In this document: piece after piece, positions 10,146 to 19,754 of the stretch
Layout: each line of letters starts with the position of its first letter
Numbering within the stretch: position 1 is the stretch's first letter
NCBI GenBank assembly: GCA_023379265.1
Contig: JAMCUI010000013.1
Span: forward strand, 11,576 to 75,575
From: Patescibacteria group bacterium
Lineage (GTDB): Bacteria > Patescibacteriota > Microgenomatia > 2-02-FULL-39-11
Reading direction: 5' to 3'
DNA length: 64,000 nt
Translations under genes and position numbers: made by a program
The notes under the pieces: model-generated
What the model saw: only the letters and a program-made list of their open reading frames with translations
What the model was told of the DNA's origin: nothing
The model's database searches: none

Positions 10146-11018
10146 TTACCTCCCTTTCATAAACTTTATAACGTCCTCATACCTATATTGTAGCTCTTTA
10201 GCACTGAAGCGTAAAGACATGGCTGCAGCGGCATTGGCAAACACTGCTGAGTAAACTTCATCCCTGGTCCTTACATACATAAAAGCATAAGCTGCGGCAA
10301 AAACATCTCCGGCTCCTGTTGAGTCAACCGACTTATAGACCTTAAAGGCTGCGGTGTCTTTAACTTTCCCCTCACTATATATGGTACTGCCTTTCTCAGC
10401 TCTCGTGACTATGCTTATTCTCCCATCCCTACCCCATCTGGCCGCAATCTCATCTATATCCTCATAATCTTCTTCTGATACGACTATAAGGTCAAACATT
10501 TGTACCATCTTTCCCTCCCCAATCCATTTTCTTTTCGCAACCCTGCCTGAAGACAAGACTTTCCTGAAAAATCCTTGCGCCAGAAGAACAAAATAGGCAT
10601 TGCCGGAAATTTCCTTCCATTTGGATATTTGCCTATACGTGAGGTTATTTAGTATCGGGGCGACCATCACTATTTTTTTCTCCGAAAAAAGGCTATCAGG
10701 AATTCCATAAATACTGTCAAAACCTGCACTAGGCAGGTTTTGGACAAACTGTTCCCTTTTCTTATCGGAAAGTAAAACATTACGGAAAATGAGCGTCTCA
10801 AGTGAAGTAGGAGATTGGGGATATAAAGATATATTTTCCAATACCGACTTGTCGAAATCTTTGCCAAATGGAGAAACTACTGCTGTAGGAAAATTTAGGT
10901 TCCGTAGTGTCCTTGCGCAAAAAAATGCCGATCCACCAGGAGAGATCGTCTTCCCTCTCTCAGTCAAATTATGATCTATGGTCAGGTTTCCCAATATGAG
11001 CGCTTTTTCTTTGGTCAT
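10146..11018 (-). CDS. PfkB family carbohydrate kinase
   Basis: PGGSA near N-terminus; DSTGAGDVFAAAY signature. Confidence 0.9.
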   Translation of the reverse strand: MTKEKALILGNLTIDHNLTERGKTISPGGSAFFCARTLRNLNFPTAVVSPFGKDFDKSVLENISLYPQSPTSLETLIFRNVLLSDKKREQFVQNLPSAGFDSIYGIPDSLFSEKKIVMVAPILNNLTYRQISKWKEISGNAYFVLLAQGFFRKVLSSGRVAKRKWIGEGKMVQMFDLIVVSEEDYEDIDEIAARWGRDGRISIVTRAEKGSTIYSEGKVKDTAAFKVYKSVDSTGAGDVFAAAYAFMYVRTRDEVYSAVFANAAAAMSLRFSAKELQYRYEDVIKFMKGR

Positions 11019-11023
11019 AGATA

Positions 11024-11392
11024 CTAAAACATGGAAATATTTTCATAATGTTTTATGCTTGGATGAAAAGAGGCACTAAGGTTTACGGCAATTAAGTCAA
11101 TCCGTAGGCTATCAGGAAGGCGGGGATGGTAGAGTTTGTAAAATTGCGCTGATTTTACCAGATTTCGCAGTTTGTAAGAGGTTATGGAGTCTTCGGGCGA
11201 TCCGAAAGATGTACCGGTACGCGTTTTTACCTCCACAAATACAAGAGTTTTTTCTTTTAGGGCTACGATATCAATATCACCGTACTGCTTGCGGAAATTT
11301 CGTTCTATTATGAGGTATCCCTTTTTTTTGAGGTATAATTCAGCCTCGTCTTCGCCTATTTTCCCTATTTTGAGGTTATTTTTTGGTTTCAT
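11024..11392 (-). CDS. YraN/UPF0102 endonuclease-like protein
   Basis: [20 protein letters not shown]...GDIDIVA...LVFVEVKTR. Confidence 0.92.
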   Translation of the reverse strand: MKPKNNLKIGKIGEDEAELYLKKKGYLIIERNFRKQYGDIDIVALKEKTLVFVEVKTRTGTSFGSPEDSITSYKLRNLVKSAQFYKLYHPRLPDSLRIDLIAVNLSASFHPSIKHYENISMF

Positions 11393-11837
11393 TTGCCAAA
11401 GATGCGCTTGACTCGGGCCTCTCTTCATTCTTTTTAGTTTCTTTTGTATCTTCTTTTTCAGGCAATACCTTACCTCTTTCTTCGAGCTGTTCAGCTTTTT
11501 TCCCTACTTTGCCTCTGAGATAATATAGCTTGGCGCGCCTGACTTTTCCTCTTTTCTCTACAGTGATTTTCTTTATCCACGGTGATGAAAGCGGAAACAC
11601 CCTCTCCACTCCTATTCCTCCGGCTCCAATCCTACGGACTGTAAAACTGCGGTTTTCGGCTACACCCCTTATTGCTATCACTATCCCCTCAAAGATTTGA
11701 ATTCTTTCCCTTACTTCTTCTTTGACTTCCTTTTTTGTCTTGCCGGAAACCTTCTCTTTTTCGATCAGCTTATAATGTACTTTTATGGTGTCGCCGACGT
11801 TGAATTTTCTGTTTTCGTGTAGGGCCTGATTTGCCAT
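11376..11837 (-). CDS. rplS: 50S ribosomal protein L19
   Basis: [44 protein letters not shown]. Confidence 0.97.
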   Translation of the reverse strand: MANQALHENRKFNVGDTIKVHYKLIEKEKVSGKTKKEVKEEVRERIQIFEGIVIAIRGVAENRSFTVRRIGAGGIGVERVFPLSSPWIKKITVEKRGKVRRAKLYYLRGKVGKKAEQLEERGKVLPEKEDTKETKKNEERPESSASLANETKK

Positions 11838-11930
11838 ATTGGAGGATTTTATCAGAAAGACGAATGAATTACAACCTCTTTATACGTCTCATCGGGAACC
11901 GGTTTAATTGCTTATCAGGTTATTTTGCAC

Positions 11931-12512
11931 TCAAATAAGTTTCAATACATTCCACCATGCCTCTATATACTCAGCTCTCCTGTTCTGGTATTTCAGGTAA
12001 TAAGCATGTTCCCACACATCAAGCCCAATTATGGGTTTGTGGCCTTTACCTGTGGGCGAATCCTGATTGGGCAGGGAGTAAATCTCCAGCTTGTTTTCAG
12101 TATTGCGGACAAGCCACGCCCAGCCGCTGCCAAAACGCGATATCGCAACCTGCGTGAATGTCTTTTTGAATTCATCAATTGATCCGAATTCCTTTTTCAG
12201 TTCATCGACCAAAACTTCATCAATTTCCTTTTTTGGCGCCATGATATCCCAATAAAGGCTGTGGTTTACCGCCCCGCCCGCGTTATTTATAAATGCCTGC
12301 TTATCCTTTTCATCAAACGGGGTCCGTGAGAGATTTGCCAGGAGACTCTCAACTGATTTTTCCAGGAGATCAGGATACTTTTCCATTAGAGTATTTACAT
12401 TATTTATATATGCCACATGATGTTTCCCGTAATGCACCTCCATTGTCTTTGTGTCGATATACGGCTCCAGAGCATCGAATGCATACGCCAAAGATTTTTG
12501 TGTATATTTCAT
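11931..12512 (-). CDS. sodA: Fe/Mn superoxide dismutase
   Basis: ALEPYID, HYGKHH, NHSLYW, FGSGWAWL, DVWEHAYYLKYQN. Confidence 0.93.
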   Translation of the reverse strand: MKYTQKSLAYAFDALEPYIDTKTMEVHYGKHHVAYINNVNTLMEKYPDLLEKSVESLLANLSRTPFDEKDKQAFINNAGGAVNHSLYWDIMAPKKEIDEVLVDELKKEFGSIDEFKKTFTQVAISRFGSGWAWLVRNTENKLEIYSLPNQDSPTGKGHKPIIGLDVWEHAYYLKYQNRRAEYIEAWWNVLKLI

Positions 12513-12628
12513 AATTAATCCTCCTCTAAACTAGTATATTTCTGGTAACAGTTAATGTCAATAACAATTTTGTAACCCTTGACAACATATTCTAATCAGG
12601 TTAGTATCTTTTGAAATAGAATTCAAAA

Positions 12629-13030
12629 ATGCCTATGATTCTTGAAGCCAAAGGAAGTCAAAGAATATCTTCCGCCTCCCGCCAACCAAATGCAGAAATC
12701 CTCTTTCCGGAAATCAGTACAAAGAATGACATTCCTACTGGAGAAGGTATGCTCGGAAGGAAAATACGTGAAACAGTGCTTTTTGTTGCTTCGCTGCCTT
12801 TCACAACCAATACAAATGGTTTGCACATCACAGGAAGAGATAGGAGACGACAGGATAATGGACTTAAAAGACTTAACCCACAATTGGCTGGAGCTCTTGA
12901 TACGATACGATCTGCAAAAAGAGGTGATCCTACAGCAAAGGAGATTGTGAAGAAAGCTAAAGGGGCAAAAAAACTAAGGAGACGTGCACTTGAGTTTACC
13001 CGTCTTTTCCAAAACGGAGATGGGCACTAA
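12629..13030 (+). CDS. Hypothetical protein (last host gene before the integrated element)
   Basis: 133-aa ORF preceded by TTGACA at ~12579. Confidence 0.5.
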   Translation: MPMILEAKGSQRISSASRQPNAEILFPEISTKNDIPTGEGMLGRKIRETVLFVASLPFTTNTNGLHITGRDRRRQDNGLKRLNPQLAGALDTIRSAKRGDPTAKEIVKKAKGAKKLRRRALEFTRLFQNGDGH

Positions 13031-13062
13031 ATTTTCCTCCCCGTGTTTGGAACCACCTAATT

Positions 13063-13093
13063 TGTGAACCAACCTTCCCTAGAACCGAACACC
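13063..13093 (+). other. Putative attachment junction distal to the tRNA (attL-type)
   Basis: TGTGAaCC...TaGAAC...ACC; 13064-13093 matches 28081-28110 at 14/30 positions in register. Confidence 0.65.
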
Positions 13094-13183
13094 CTTTATA
13101 ACTATTTGACTAGAGTTTACTATACTTTCCGTCAATTTAATATTCAAGTTCCTGCGTACGCATACGTAAACAATAATGTCTAA
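13064..13183 (+). other. Orphan 39-codon frame: predicted C-terminus of the serine recombinase in the excised form
   Basis: VNQPSLEPNTLYNYLTRVYYTFRQFNIQVPAYAYVNNNV*; in frame with the recombinase if joined at TGTGA; stop overlaps ATG 13176. Confidence 0.6.
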
Positions 13184-13733
13184 TTATCCTTTGTCTATTA
13201 AGTTACAGGAATTAGGTTCAGTATATCTTCAACGTGTTAAATGCGGCAAGATTAACTGTCATTGTAACGATGGGAGGTTACATAAAGCATATTATCACTA
13301 TTATCGTCAACCTGATGAGTTTGGTGTAGTTAGAATGGTTAAAAAATACATCAGAAGGTCAGATGTCAGAAAGATTAAAGCATGGATGCAGTACCAAAAG
13401 AACAAACGATTTCTTATTAAATTAGATGGCGCATGGTTTCAATATTCTGGTGAGGATATACCTACTTTACCACCAAAGTTTGAACTGTTGAAGCGAATAC
13501 ACATTATAAGAAAAAAGGCACTAAAGGAGAAAAAAAGATTAAATGAGCAAATATACAGGCAAATGTATGGAGAAAATTACCGAGAGGGACAATTAGCAGA
13601 AAAAAGGTTAAGTAGGATACTAAATAAAAAAAATATTGTTCCTGAATTATTTAACATTGAAGTTGATAAATTGGTTAAGGAATTAAACGAATATACGAAC
13701 TCACGCACGTCAAATCTACTATCTCCTCATTAG
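13176..13733 (+). CDS. DUF6788-like Cys/His protein
   Basis: GSV...KCGKINCHCNDGRLHKAYY...KKYI motif. Confidence 0.65.
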   Translation: MSNYPLSIKLQELGSVYLQRVKCGKINCHCNDGRLHKAYYHYYRQPDEFGVVRMVKKYIRRSDVRKIKAWMQYQKNKRFLIKLDGAWFQYSGEDIPTLPPKFELLKRIHIIRKKALKEKKRLNEQIYRQMYGENYREGQLAEKRLSRILNKKNIVPELFNIEVDKLVKELNEYTNSRTSNLLSPH

Positions 13734-13987
13734 CGTCTTAAAATGCGCGGCGAGTGTCCGATGTTTATTTAAAATAAGATATTTAGCACGTTCTGTCGGT
13801 TCAATATAAGAAATATGTGATAAATGTTGAATGATGGGATTTCTAGGACAATCTAGGAGCGTTATTTCCGTTACATAAGATTTTTTAACAGTTTAGATTA
13901 CTAAGATAAGATTATCTCTTATTAAAATAATCAGAAATAGCCTCAAATCAGTCTTCTTAACGCACTAGAAAAAATGTCTCATCTTAA

Positions 13988-14596
13988 TCATACGCTGAAT
14001 TGAAGAAAATTGATTGTTCGTGCTCTATTGAAAAAACTTCTTCGTAAATCTCTATTATGTGGATTTCTTACCTCTGTAAGATACTGTTCAACCGCTCTTC
14101 TAAAATCCAGCCAATATTTTGGGTCAATAAAGCGCCATACTCCTTTATTATGCTCCCAGCTATGTATTACTCCGGCAATACATCTAATATTTTGGCCATT
14201 AATATTTATTAACAAATTATCAATCTGATTATCAGTCAAATCTTGGCCTCCACCATGATTATAAACAATAAACTTTTTCCGTTTTATTGCATATTCGTGA
14301 GTTAAACCGCATCGTAAATCGTCGTATACTATATGAGGATTATTACGCCTTCTACCATTAAATCTACGTAATAACAAACGGTACTCTTCGCCCATTCTAG
14401 AAAAAAATGAATCAAATCTTTCACCTGAGTTACCATTAGGAAGAATAAACGAACCAATTACCTCTGAATAATTTAATAATCCTTGAGCAACTAGGAAATT
14501 AGCTTTTGCTTGAAACATTGCCCTTTTCGTATCTTCGCTCATCCAGCGTACCATTGTTTCAAACTTACGGATAAGCTCATCATTTGTTTGTTTCAT
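13988..14596 (-). CDS. Putative HEPN-domain nuclease
   Basis: YDDLRCGLTHEY contains the R-x4-H motif; helical protein. Confidence 0.55.
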   Translation of the reverse strand: MKQTNDELIRKFETMVRWMSEDTKRAMFQAKANFLVAQGLLNYSEVIGSFILPNGNSGERFDSFFSRMGEEYRLLLRRFNGRRRNNPHIVYDDLRCGLTHEYAIKRKKFIVYNHGGGQDLTDNQIDNLLININGQNIRCIAGVIHSWEHNKGVWRFIDPKYWLDFRRAVEQYLTEVRNPHNRDLRRSFFNRARTINFLQFSV

Positions 14597-14597
14597 G

Positions 14598-15488
14598 TCA
14601 AGTTTTTTTATTTAATCCCTCAACAGTTGTTAAATATCGTTTAGCAATATCATCAAGTCTTTTATCAAATCCGAACTCAAATAATTTATCACACTCACCA
14701 ATTAAAGAATAATAGAAATCAAATACTGCTACCAAATTATTTTCAATCCAGTTTAACCCTGGACCAACCATGATATTTAGACCTAAACCACTATCTTTCA
14801 CATACTCATTAATTACTCGTACAGCCGTATGAGCAATCTGTGACTGTAAAGCATAAATTGTTCTGTAATTTCCTATACGTCCTATTTCCAAAGCCATATC
14901 ATAAATCGTTTTATCAGACCAACCAAACCTTTTATATTTATATTTCTCCTGAACCTCTTTTGCCATTTTAGTAACCTCTTCTATATTTGTATCTCCTGGT
15001 TGAGGACTAATTACTCTTCCTTCTATTTCTTTTAATATTTCCGGTTTTGTTTTTGCATAATCAAACATCTTTTTACGCAAAACCCAATCATAAGCAAAAT
15101 AGCGATTAATTCGGTAATCTGTTTTGTCTTTCAAGATGTACTGTAGAGTAACTAGTAATTCAAAAAGTGAACGTACTAGGATTGCTGCATCTTCTCCATA
15201 ACCTTCAGAGCATAAAATTAATACAGCCTCATGTGTTTTATACGCTTTACCTAGTGTAAAAGATGTATAAGCTTTCTTTGGAGTATCTGCATTGCATTTC
15301 TTCTTAAAAATATCATCAACAACGCCCTTTAGTTCTCTATTAAATCCAAACAGATTACTATACTCTTTATCAATGACTATCTTTATATCTTTTTCTGGTA
15401 GGAGTATTTGTTGATTTTTCGTTAAGCAGCATTTTTTATATTTTTTACCACTACCACAACGACAAGTGTCATTTCTACCAATTTTCAT
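14598..15488 (-). CDS. SEC-C motif + DUF5677-like protein
   Basis: N-terminal KIGRNDTCRCGSGKKYKKCC; AAILVRSLFE and Y..QSQIAH motifs. Confidence 0.7.
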   Translation of the reverse strand: MKIGRNDTCRCGSGKKYKKCCLTKNQQILLPEKDIKIVIDKEYSNLFGFNRELKGVVDDIFKKKCNADTPKKAYTSFTLGKAYKTHEAVLILCSEGYGEDAAILVRSLFELLVTLQYILKDKTDYRINRYFAYDWVLRKKMFDYAKTKPEILKEIEGRVISPQPGDTNIEEVTKMAKEVQEKYKYKRFGWSDKTIYDMALEIGRIGNYRTIYALQSQIAHTAVRVINEYVKDSGLGLNIMVGPGLNWIENNLVAVFDFYYSLIGECDKLFEFGFDKRLDDIAKRYLTTVEGLNKKT

Positions 15489-15493
15489 ATTTA

Positions 15494-16048
15494 TTAAGTA
15501 ATTTTTCCTTCTATGTATTGTTTTGCTACATTACCGAGCCAGACAATACAACGTGTTAGGTCAAATAAAGTTGAAATAAATTGAGTTTTTGTTAGTCCTA
15601 CAGCAAAACCCCAAGCCTCTATTTTCTGTCTTTTTTCTTCATCAGTATGATGATAAAAACCATACATCCAACGTCTTAATATTTCTTTTGGAGGTACTGC
15701 TATTTCGTTTTCAATTAACGACATTGGTGACCTATCTAAGGTATTTTGATAAACCTCACGGGTTTTTCTGATATTATCTTTAATTTGAGTATTAGTGATA
15801 TATCTTTCTAGAATTTCGCTAATCTTTGGAAAGTTAATCTTTTCTCGTGGTGAATAGAAGTTTCTAAAAACTAACAAAAAAGACCTTAATTGCTCTTCGT
15901 CAGGTGTAGTTGTTGTAGCAAGCCCTGTATTACCAGTAATATTTAATTTGAAACTTATTTGGTGTTTACTTTTCAACAAACTACAACTTAATAGTTCTTC
16001 AATTTTAGTTAAAAATAATTCTATTGTTTTTTTATCTTCATTATCCAT
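15494..16048 (-). CDS. Hypothetical protein in the RM operon
   Basis: 184 aa, tightly coupled to neighbours; FRNFY..RE and WMYGFYHHTD motifs. Confidence 0.6.
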   Translation of the reverse strand: MDNEDKKTIELFLTKIEELLSCSLLKSKHQISFKLNITGNTGLATTTTPDEEQLRSFLLVFRNFYSPREKINFPKISEILERYITNTQIKDNIRKTREVYQNTLDRSPMSLIENEIAVPPKEILRRWMYGFYHHTDEEKRQKIEAWGFAVGLTKTQFISTLFDLTRCIVWLGNVAKQYIEGKIT

Positions 16049-16054
16049 ATGGTT

Positions 16055-17134
16055 TTATCCCACAGTAGCGATTGGAATATTAGATACTTCCGGTTCTGTT
16101 TCTGATGGAATATTAGTAAGCTCGTTTATTAACTCTTGCTTAGAAGTTTCATCAATTTTGAGTTTTCGTAAGGTCATAGTATCTTTAGTTACTTGAACAA
16201 CATCTATTTCTGTCAATATTTTATCTATAAGACCTCTTTTTTGAGCGTATTGAATATATTCCTTTAGGAATACTTTCCCATATGAGAACTCACCGAATTT
16301 TCTTTTAACAATATTTTCTAGAATAAATAAATTATCCTTTTTGTGAACGATACGAACATTGCGTACATAACTTGCAGCTATAGATTTTTCGTAGAGAATG
16401 TGGACAGGATATTTGAAATCTAATACACCGATAAGCGAGTTCACTTTATTTAAGTAAACTGTGAAGTTATCTAAGGCAATATTAAAGCCTGACCGCTTTG
16501 CAATACTTCGTAGGTTTTTTATTTGTTGTAAATCTTCAAATAATTGGAAGTCTTCTTTCTGAAACCTTGAGAAATTAATTTTCCCTACTAGTTCGTCAAG
16601 TAATACTAATATATTTGCCATAATTTCAGAGTTTTCATACGAAATAAAATTAATTCCATGAGCAAACATCAACCCCTTTGCTCGTTTTTGGAAACCTTTA
16701 AGAGAAAAAATTACTGGGCAATAGTTATAACGTGTATCAAATAAAACGTCATATCTTAGTTGACCAAACTTTTTGGTGTTAATTCTTACATATTGACTGA
16801 CGTCAATAAATGCGCCGAGAAACTCACGAACAATCTTTAATCCAATTGGTTTGTTGTAATTTTTAGCTTCTAAAACTAACATTAAGGGGTTGATAAACGG
16901 AATACCTAGACTAAACTGCTTAAAAAAATCTGGGTCATAGGTAGCTCCTCTTCCGTGTAATTTCTTTTGATTTAATGTGACTTGCATACCAGTTACATCG
17001 GTTGAAAAGCCCGCCTTGATTAATAGTAATTGAAGGATTTTTTCAAATAATTTCCCTTTGATGTATGACTTTGAGCCAGAATATTTAGCTAGTGCTTCTC
17101 CTTTTTGTTTCTTTATGTGTTTTTTCTTAACCAT
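16055..17134 (-). CDS. PD-(D/E)xK restriction endonuclease-like protein (Mrr-like)
   Basis: KGKLFE, GRGATYDPD, LEAKNY..PIGL..VREF.G, GFQ..A. Confidence 0.7.
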   Translation of the reverse strand: MVKKKHIKKQKGEALAKYSGSKSYIKGKLFEKILQLLLIKAGFSTDVTGMQVTLNQKKLHGRGATYDPDFFKQFSLGIPFINPLMLVLEAKNYNKPIGLKIVREFLGAFIDVSQYVRINTKKFGQLRYDVLFDTRYNYCPVIFSLKGFQKRAKGLMFAHGINFISYENSEIMANILVLLDELVGKINFSRFQKEDFQLFEDLQQIKNLRSIAKRSGFNIALDNFTVYLNKVNSLIGVLDFKYPVHILYEKSIAASYVRNVRIVHKKDNLFILENIVKRKFGEFSYGKVFLKEYIQYAQKRGLIDKILTEIDVVQVTKDTMTLRKLKIDETSKQELINELTNIPSETEPEVSNIPIATVG

Positions 17135-17146
17135 TGTAATTAGCCC

Positions 17147-18361
17147 CTAATTCTTATTAAATGTTTTTGCCAAAATAGCTTGTGTAAGTTTTGATACTCG
17201 TGTTTCTGCGCTTTCAATCTGTTTTTCCGCTTGATTAGCTATACTGAAATATTCCTGAATTATTTTTACAATTTCAATTTGTTCATCATAAGTTGGAAGA
17301 TGTAGTGAAATATTCTTTATCATTTCTTGATTAACTGTATTTTGTCCAGCGCTAGAAACCATATTTTGATTGATATAATTCCTAACTTCATCTAATTGAG
17401 AAAAATATAAGAGGAATGCAGAACTAATATTTGACTTTAATCTAATTCTGATGAAATGGTCACAATAAGCCCAATCGTTTATCTCCCTTATGAGAATAAA
17501 ATTACCAACAATTTGTGGACTACCGTTTACGCGAATAATCAAAATATCTTCTTTATTAAGTTTATATTTCTCTTTTTCTTTCAATGACATTTTAATTTTC
17601 CGAACATGTTCTGTTTGTGTTTCATAGTTCCTTATGTCTGCAAGCCGTAGTACAACCGTTTCTTGACCTTCGTTAGCGTATCTTTTGGATAAACCATTTT
17701 GAAAATTGTTTATAAAGTCACCTAAGATACCCTTTCCCCAATCATCTATTTTTTTATTATTTTTTTCTCGCCAATCTTCTGTGAGTTTTCCAGTAATCGC
17801 AGCAGATAAAATTGCTTGACGAAACTTAGTAATTATGTTTCTAGCTCTACTTATTTTTAATTTGGTTTGCTCAATAAAACTAGTAGCCTTTTTCAAGGTT
17901 GTAGTAATTTTTTCCTGTACCTCTTCACTAGGTAATTTAATCGGGATATTTTTCAATGCGGATTGATTAAGTTTTAGTCTTGTAGTCCCTCCGACAAAAT
18001 CCGTAAAATCAAAATAATCAAGATAATACTTAATAAACCAATTATTAGTCATCCCATTTTTTGCTCGTAATACGTGCGCGTGATTGTTGACCCAACTTCT
18101 TCCGTTTATAAGGTATGCAATGGGTTTAGATTTGTCCAAAAAAGGAGCTCCGTCTTCGCCTACTAAAACTAATTCTTCATTAAATAAAAAGTCATCAATC
18201 CATCCAACCAGACCAGTTGCACCGTAGTAAGGTATCTTACCTTGTCTTTTTTCTCTATCACTAGAATTAACTGGTACTCGTTGGTTATCTAATATATCAA
18301 CGCAGTCTTTTAATAGATAGTTTTTCCACTCGTAATTATTTTCCGTTTTCAAGTTCTGCAT
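17147..18361 (-). CDS. hsdS: Type I restriction-modification specificity subunit
   Basis: Two TRDs each followed by LP..EQ..I conserved helices; RQAILSAAITGKLT; QAILAKTF. Confidence 0.93.
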   Translation of the reverse strand: MQNLKTENNYEWKNYLLKDCVDILDNQRVPVNSSDREKRQGKIPYYGATGLVGWIDDFLFNEELVLVGEDGAPFLDKSKPIAYLINGRSWVNNHAHVLRAKNGMTNNWFIKYYLDYFDFTDFVGGTTRLKLNQSALKNIPIKLPSEEVQEKITTTLKKATSFIEQTKLKISRARNIITKFRQAILSAAITGKLTEDWREKNNKKIDDWGKGILGDFINNFQNGLSKRYANEGQETVVLRLADIRNYETQTEHVRKIKMSLKEKEKYKLNKEDILIIRVNGSPQIVGNFILIREINDWAYCDHFIRIRLKSNISSAFLLYFSQLDEVRNYINQNMVSSAGQNTVNQEMIKNISLHLPTYDEQIEIVKIIQEYFSIANQAEKQIESAETRVSKLTQAILAKTFNKN

Positions 18362-19754
18362 AGATTTTCTCTAAATTGTTTGTAGCTTCCTTCAACTCGG
18401 AAAGAACCTCAGTAATAAGCCCCTGGGGGTCAGCTATTTCGCCTCCATCGTCAATATCCTTATCTTTCAACCATTTGAAGCTATCCAGTTTGTAATTTCT
18501 CTCTTTTATTTGCGAAATGCTAAACTTTTTCCAGCGATTTTCTTTTGAGTGACTTTCGTCACGCTTTGATTGACCATTAGCGTTTTCTCCGTAACACTTC
18601 TCAAAATCTTCAAAATGCTTAGATGATAATGGTCTATCTTTTACAGTAATGCCAGGTACATTGGTTCTAGCATCATAAATCCATGTATTCTCGGTTGGCA
18701 TTCCTTTGGTAAAAAACACTACATTTGCTTTTACTCCTTGGCTATAAGGAGTAAACGTACCATTGGGAAGGCGAAGTATAGTGTGTACATTACAATCCTG
18801 CATGAGAATTTTGAATACTTCTGCCGCTTGGTCGGCAAATAGTACGTTGTCGGGCAGTACAATAGCCGCTCTGCCGCCTGGTTTAAGAATAGTAAGGACA
18901 TGTTGGACGAAGTTAAGCTGTTTATTACTGGTGGAGACTGTAAAATCTTGCCTTTCAGGAGCTTGATTAGCCCCTTTCGTGCCAAAAGGAGGATTAGTTA
19001 GCACTACATCGTATCTATCACCATGGTCAGGTTCATAAAGACTATCACCTAATCGGATATTTGAAATAATTCCGTGTAAATAAAGGTTCATAAGAGCCAA
19101 TCTTCTAGGTCTTGCTACAAGCTCTGTCCCAAAATAAGTATTTTTCTTAATTCTGTCTAAATCTTCTCGGTTTATCGCACTTCCGGTTTGCTGTAAAAAC
19201 CACTCATAAGCGGATAGAAGGAAACCACCTGTACCTGCTGCTGGGTCACAAATAGTGAAGTCTTTAGCTTTTCTAGGGTCTGGTTTCATCACTCTCACTA
19301 TTGTTTGGATAAGTATACGGGGCGTAAAATATTGTCCCGCTCCTTTTTTGCCTTCTGCGGCTGATTTTTCCAGTAATCCTTCGTATGCTTGTGCTTTTAC
19401 GTCTATATTCAATCCTGACCATTCAATCTCATCAATTAGGTCAATAAGTCTTTTAAGATTTACCGGTTTAGTAAACTTTGATAATGCTTCTGTAAATATG
19501 GCTCCGAGCAATCCTTCTTGTTTGGCAAGTCCTCGTAATAGTTCACTATAAAAATCAATAAGCTCTGTACCCGATTTTGTTTTCAGTACTGCCCAAGAAT
19601 ACTCTTTTGGGATATTAGCTCCTTTTTCCTCTGCCATTTTAAGAAAAAGAAGATATGTTAACTGTTCTACGTAATCACCATAGTCCATTCCATCATGGCG
19701 TAATACATGACAATATCCCCATAATTTGTTAACGATATTTGTATTAGTTTGCAT
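18336..19754 (-). CDS. hsdM: Type I restriction-modification N6-adenine methyltransferase
   Basis: GAGQYFTPR, DPAAGTGGFL, NPPFG. Confidence 0.96.
   Translation of the reverse strand: MQTNTNIVNKLWGYCHVLRHDGMDYGDYVEQLTYLLFLKMAEEKGANIPKEYSWAVLKTKSGTELIDFYSELLRGLAKQEGLLGAIFTEALSKFTKPVNLKRLIDLIDEIEWSGLNIDVKAQAYEGLLEKSAAEGKKGAGQYFTPRILIQTIVRVMKPDPRKAKDFTICDPAAGTGGFLLSAYEWFLQQTGSAINREDLDRIKKNTYFGTELVARPRRLALMNLYLHGIISNIRLGDSLYEPDHGDRYDVVLTNPPFGTKGANQAPERQDFTVSTSNKQLNFVQHVLTILKPGGRAAIVLPDNVLFADQAAEVFKILMQDCNVHTILRLPNGTFTPYSQGVKANVVFFTKGMPTENTWIYDARTNVPGITVKDRPLSSKHFEDFEKCYGENANGQSKRDESHSKENRWKKFSISQIKERNYKLDSFKWLKDKDIDDGGEIADPQGLITEVLSELKEATNNLEKIYAELENGK

Noticed and set aside
13151-13183. PAYAYVN tail resembling the HsdR end PAVYAYAN (19744-19770)
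   Set aside because: Short, opposite strand, weak DNA identity; likely a by-product of stop/start overlaps
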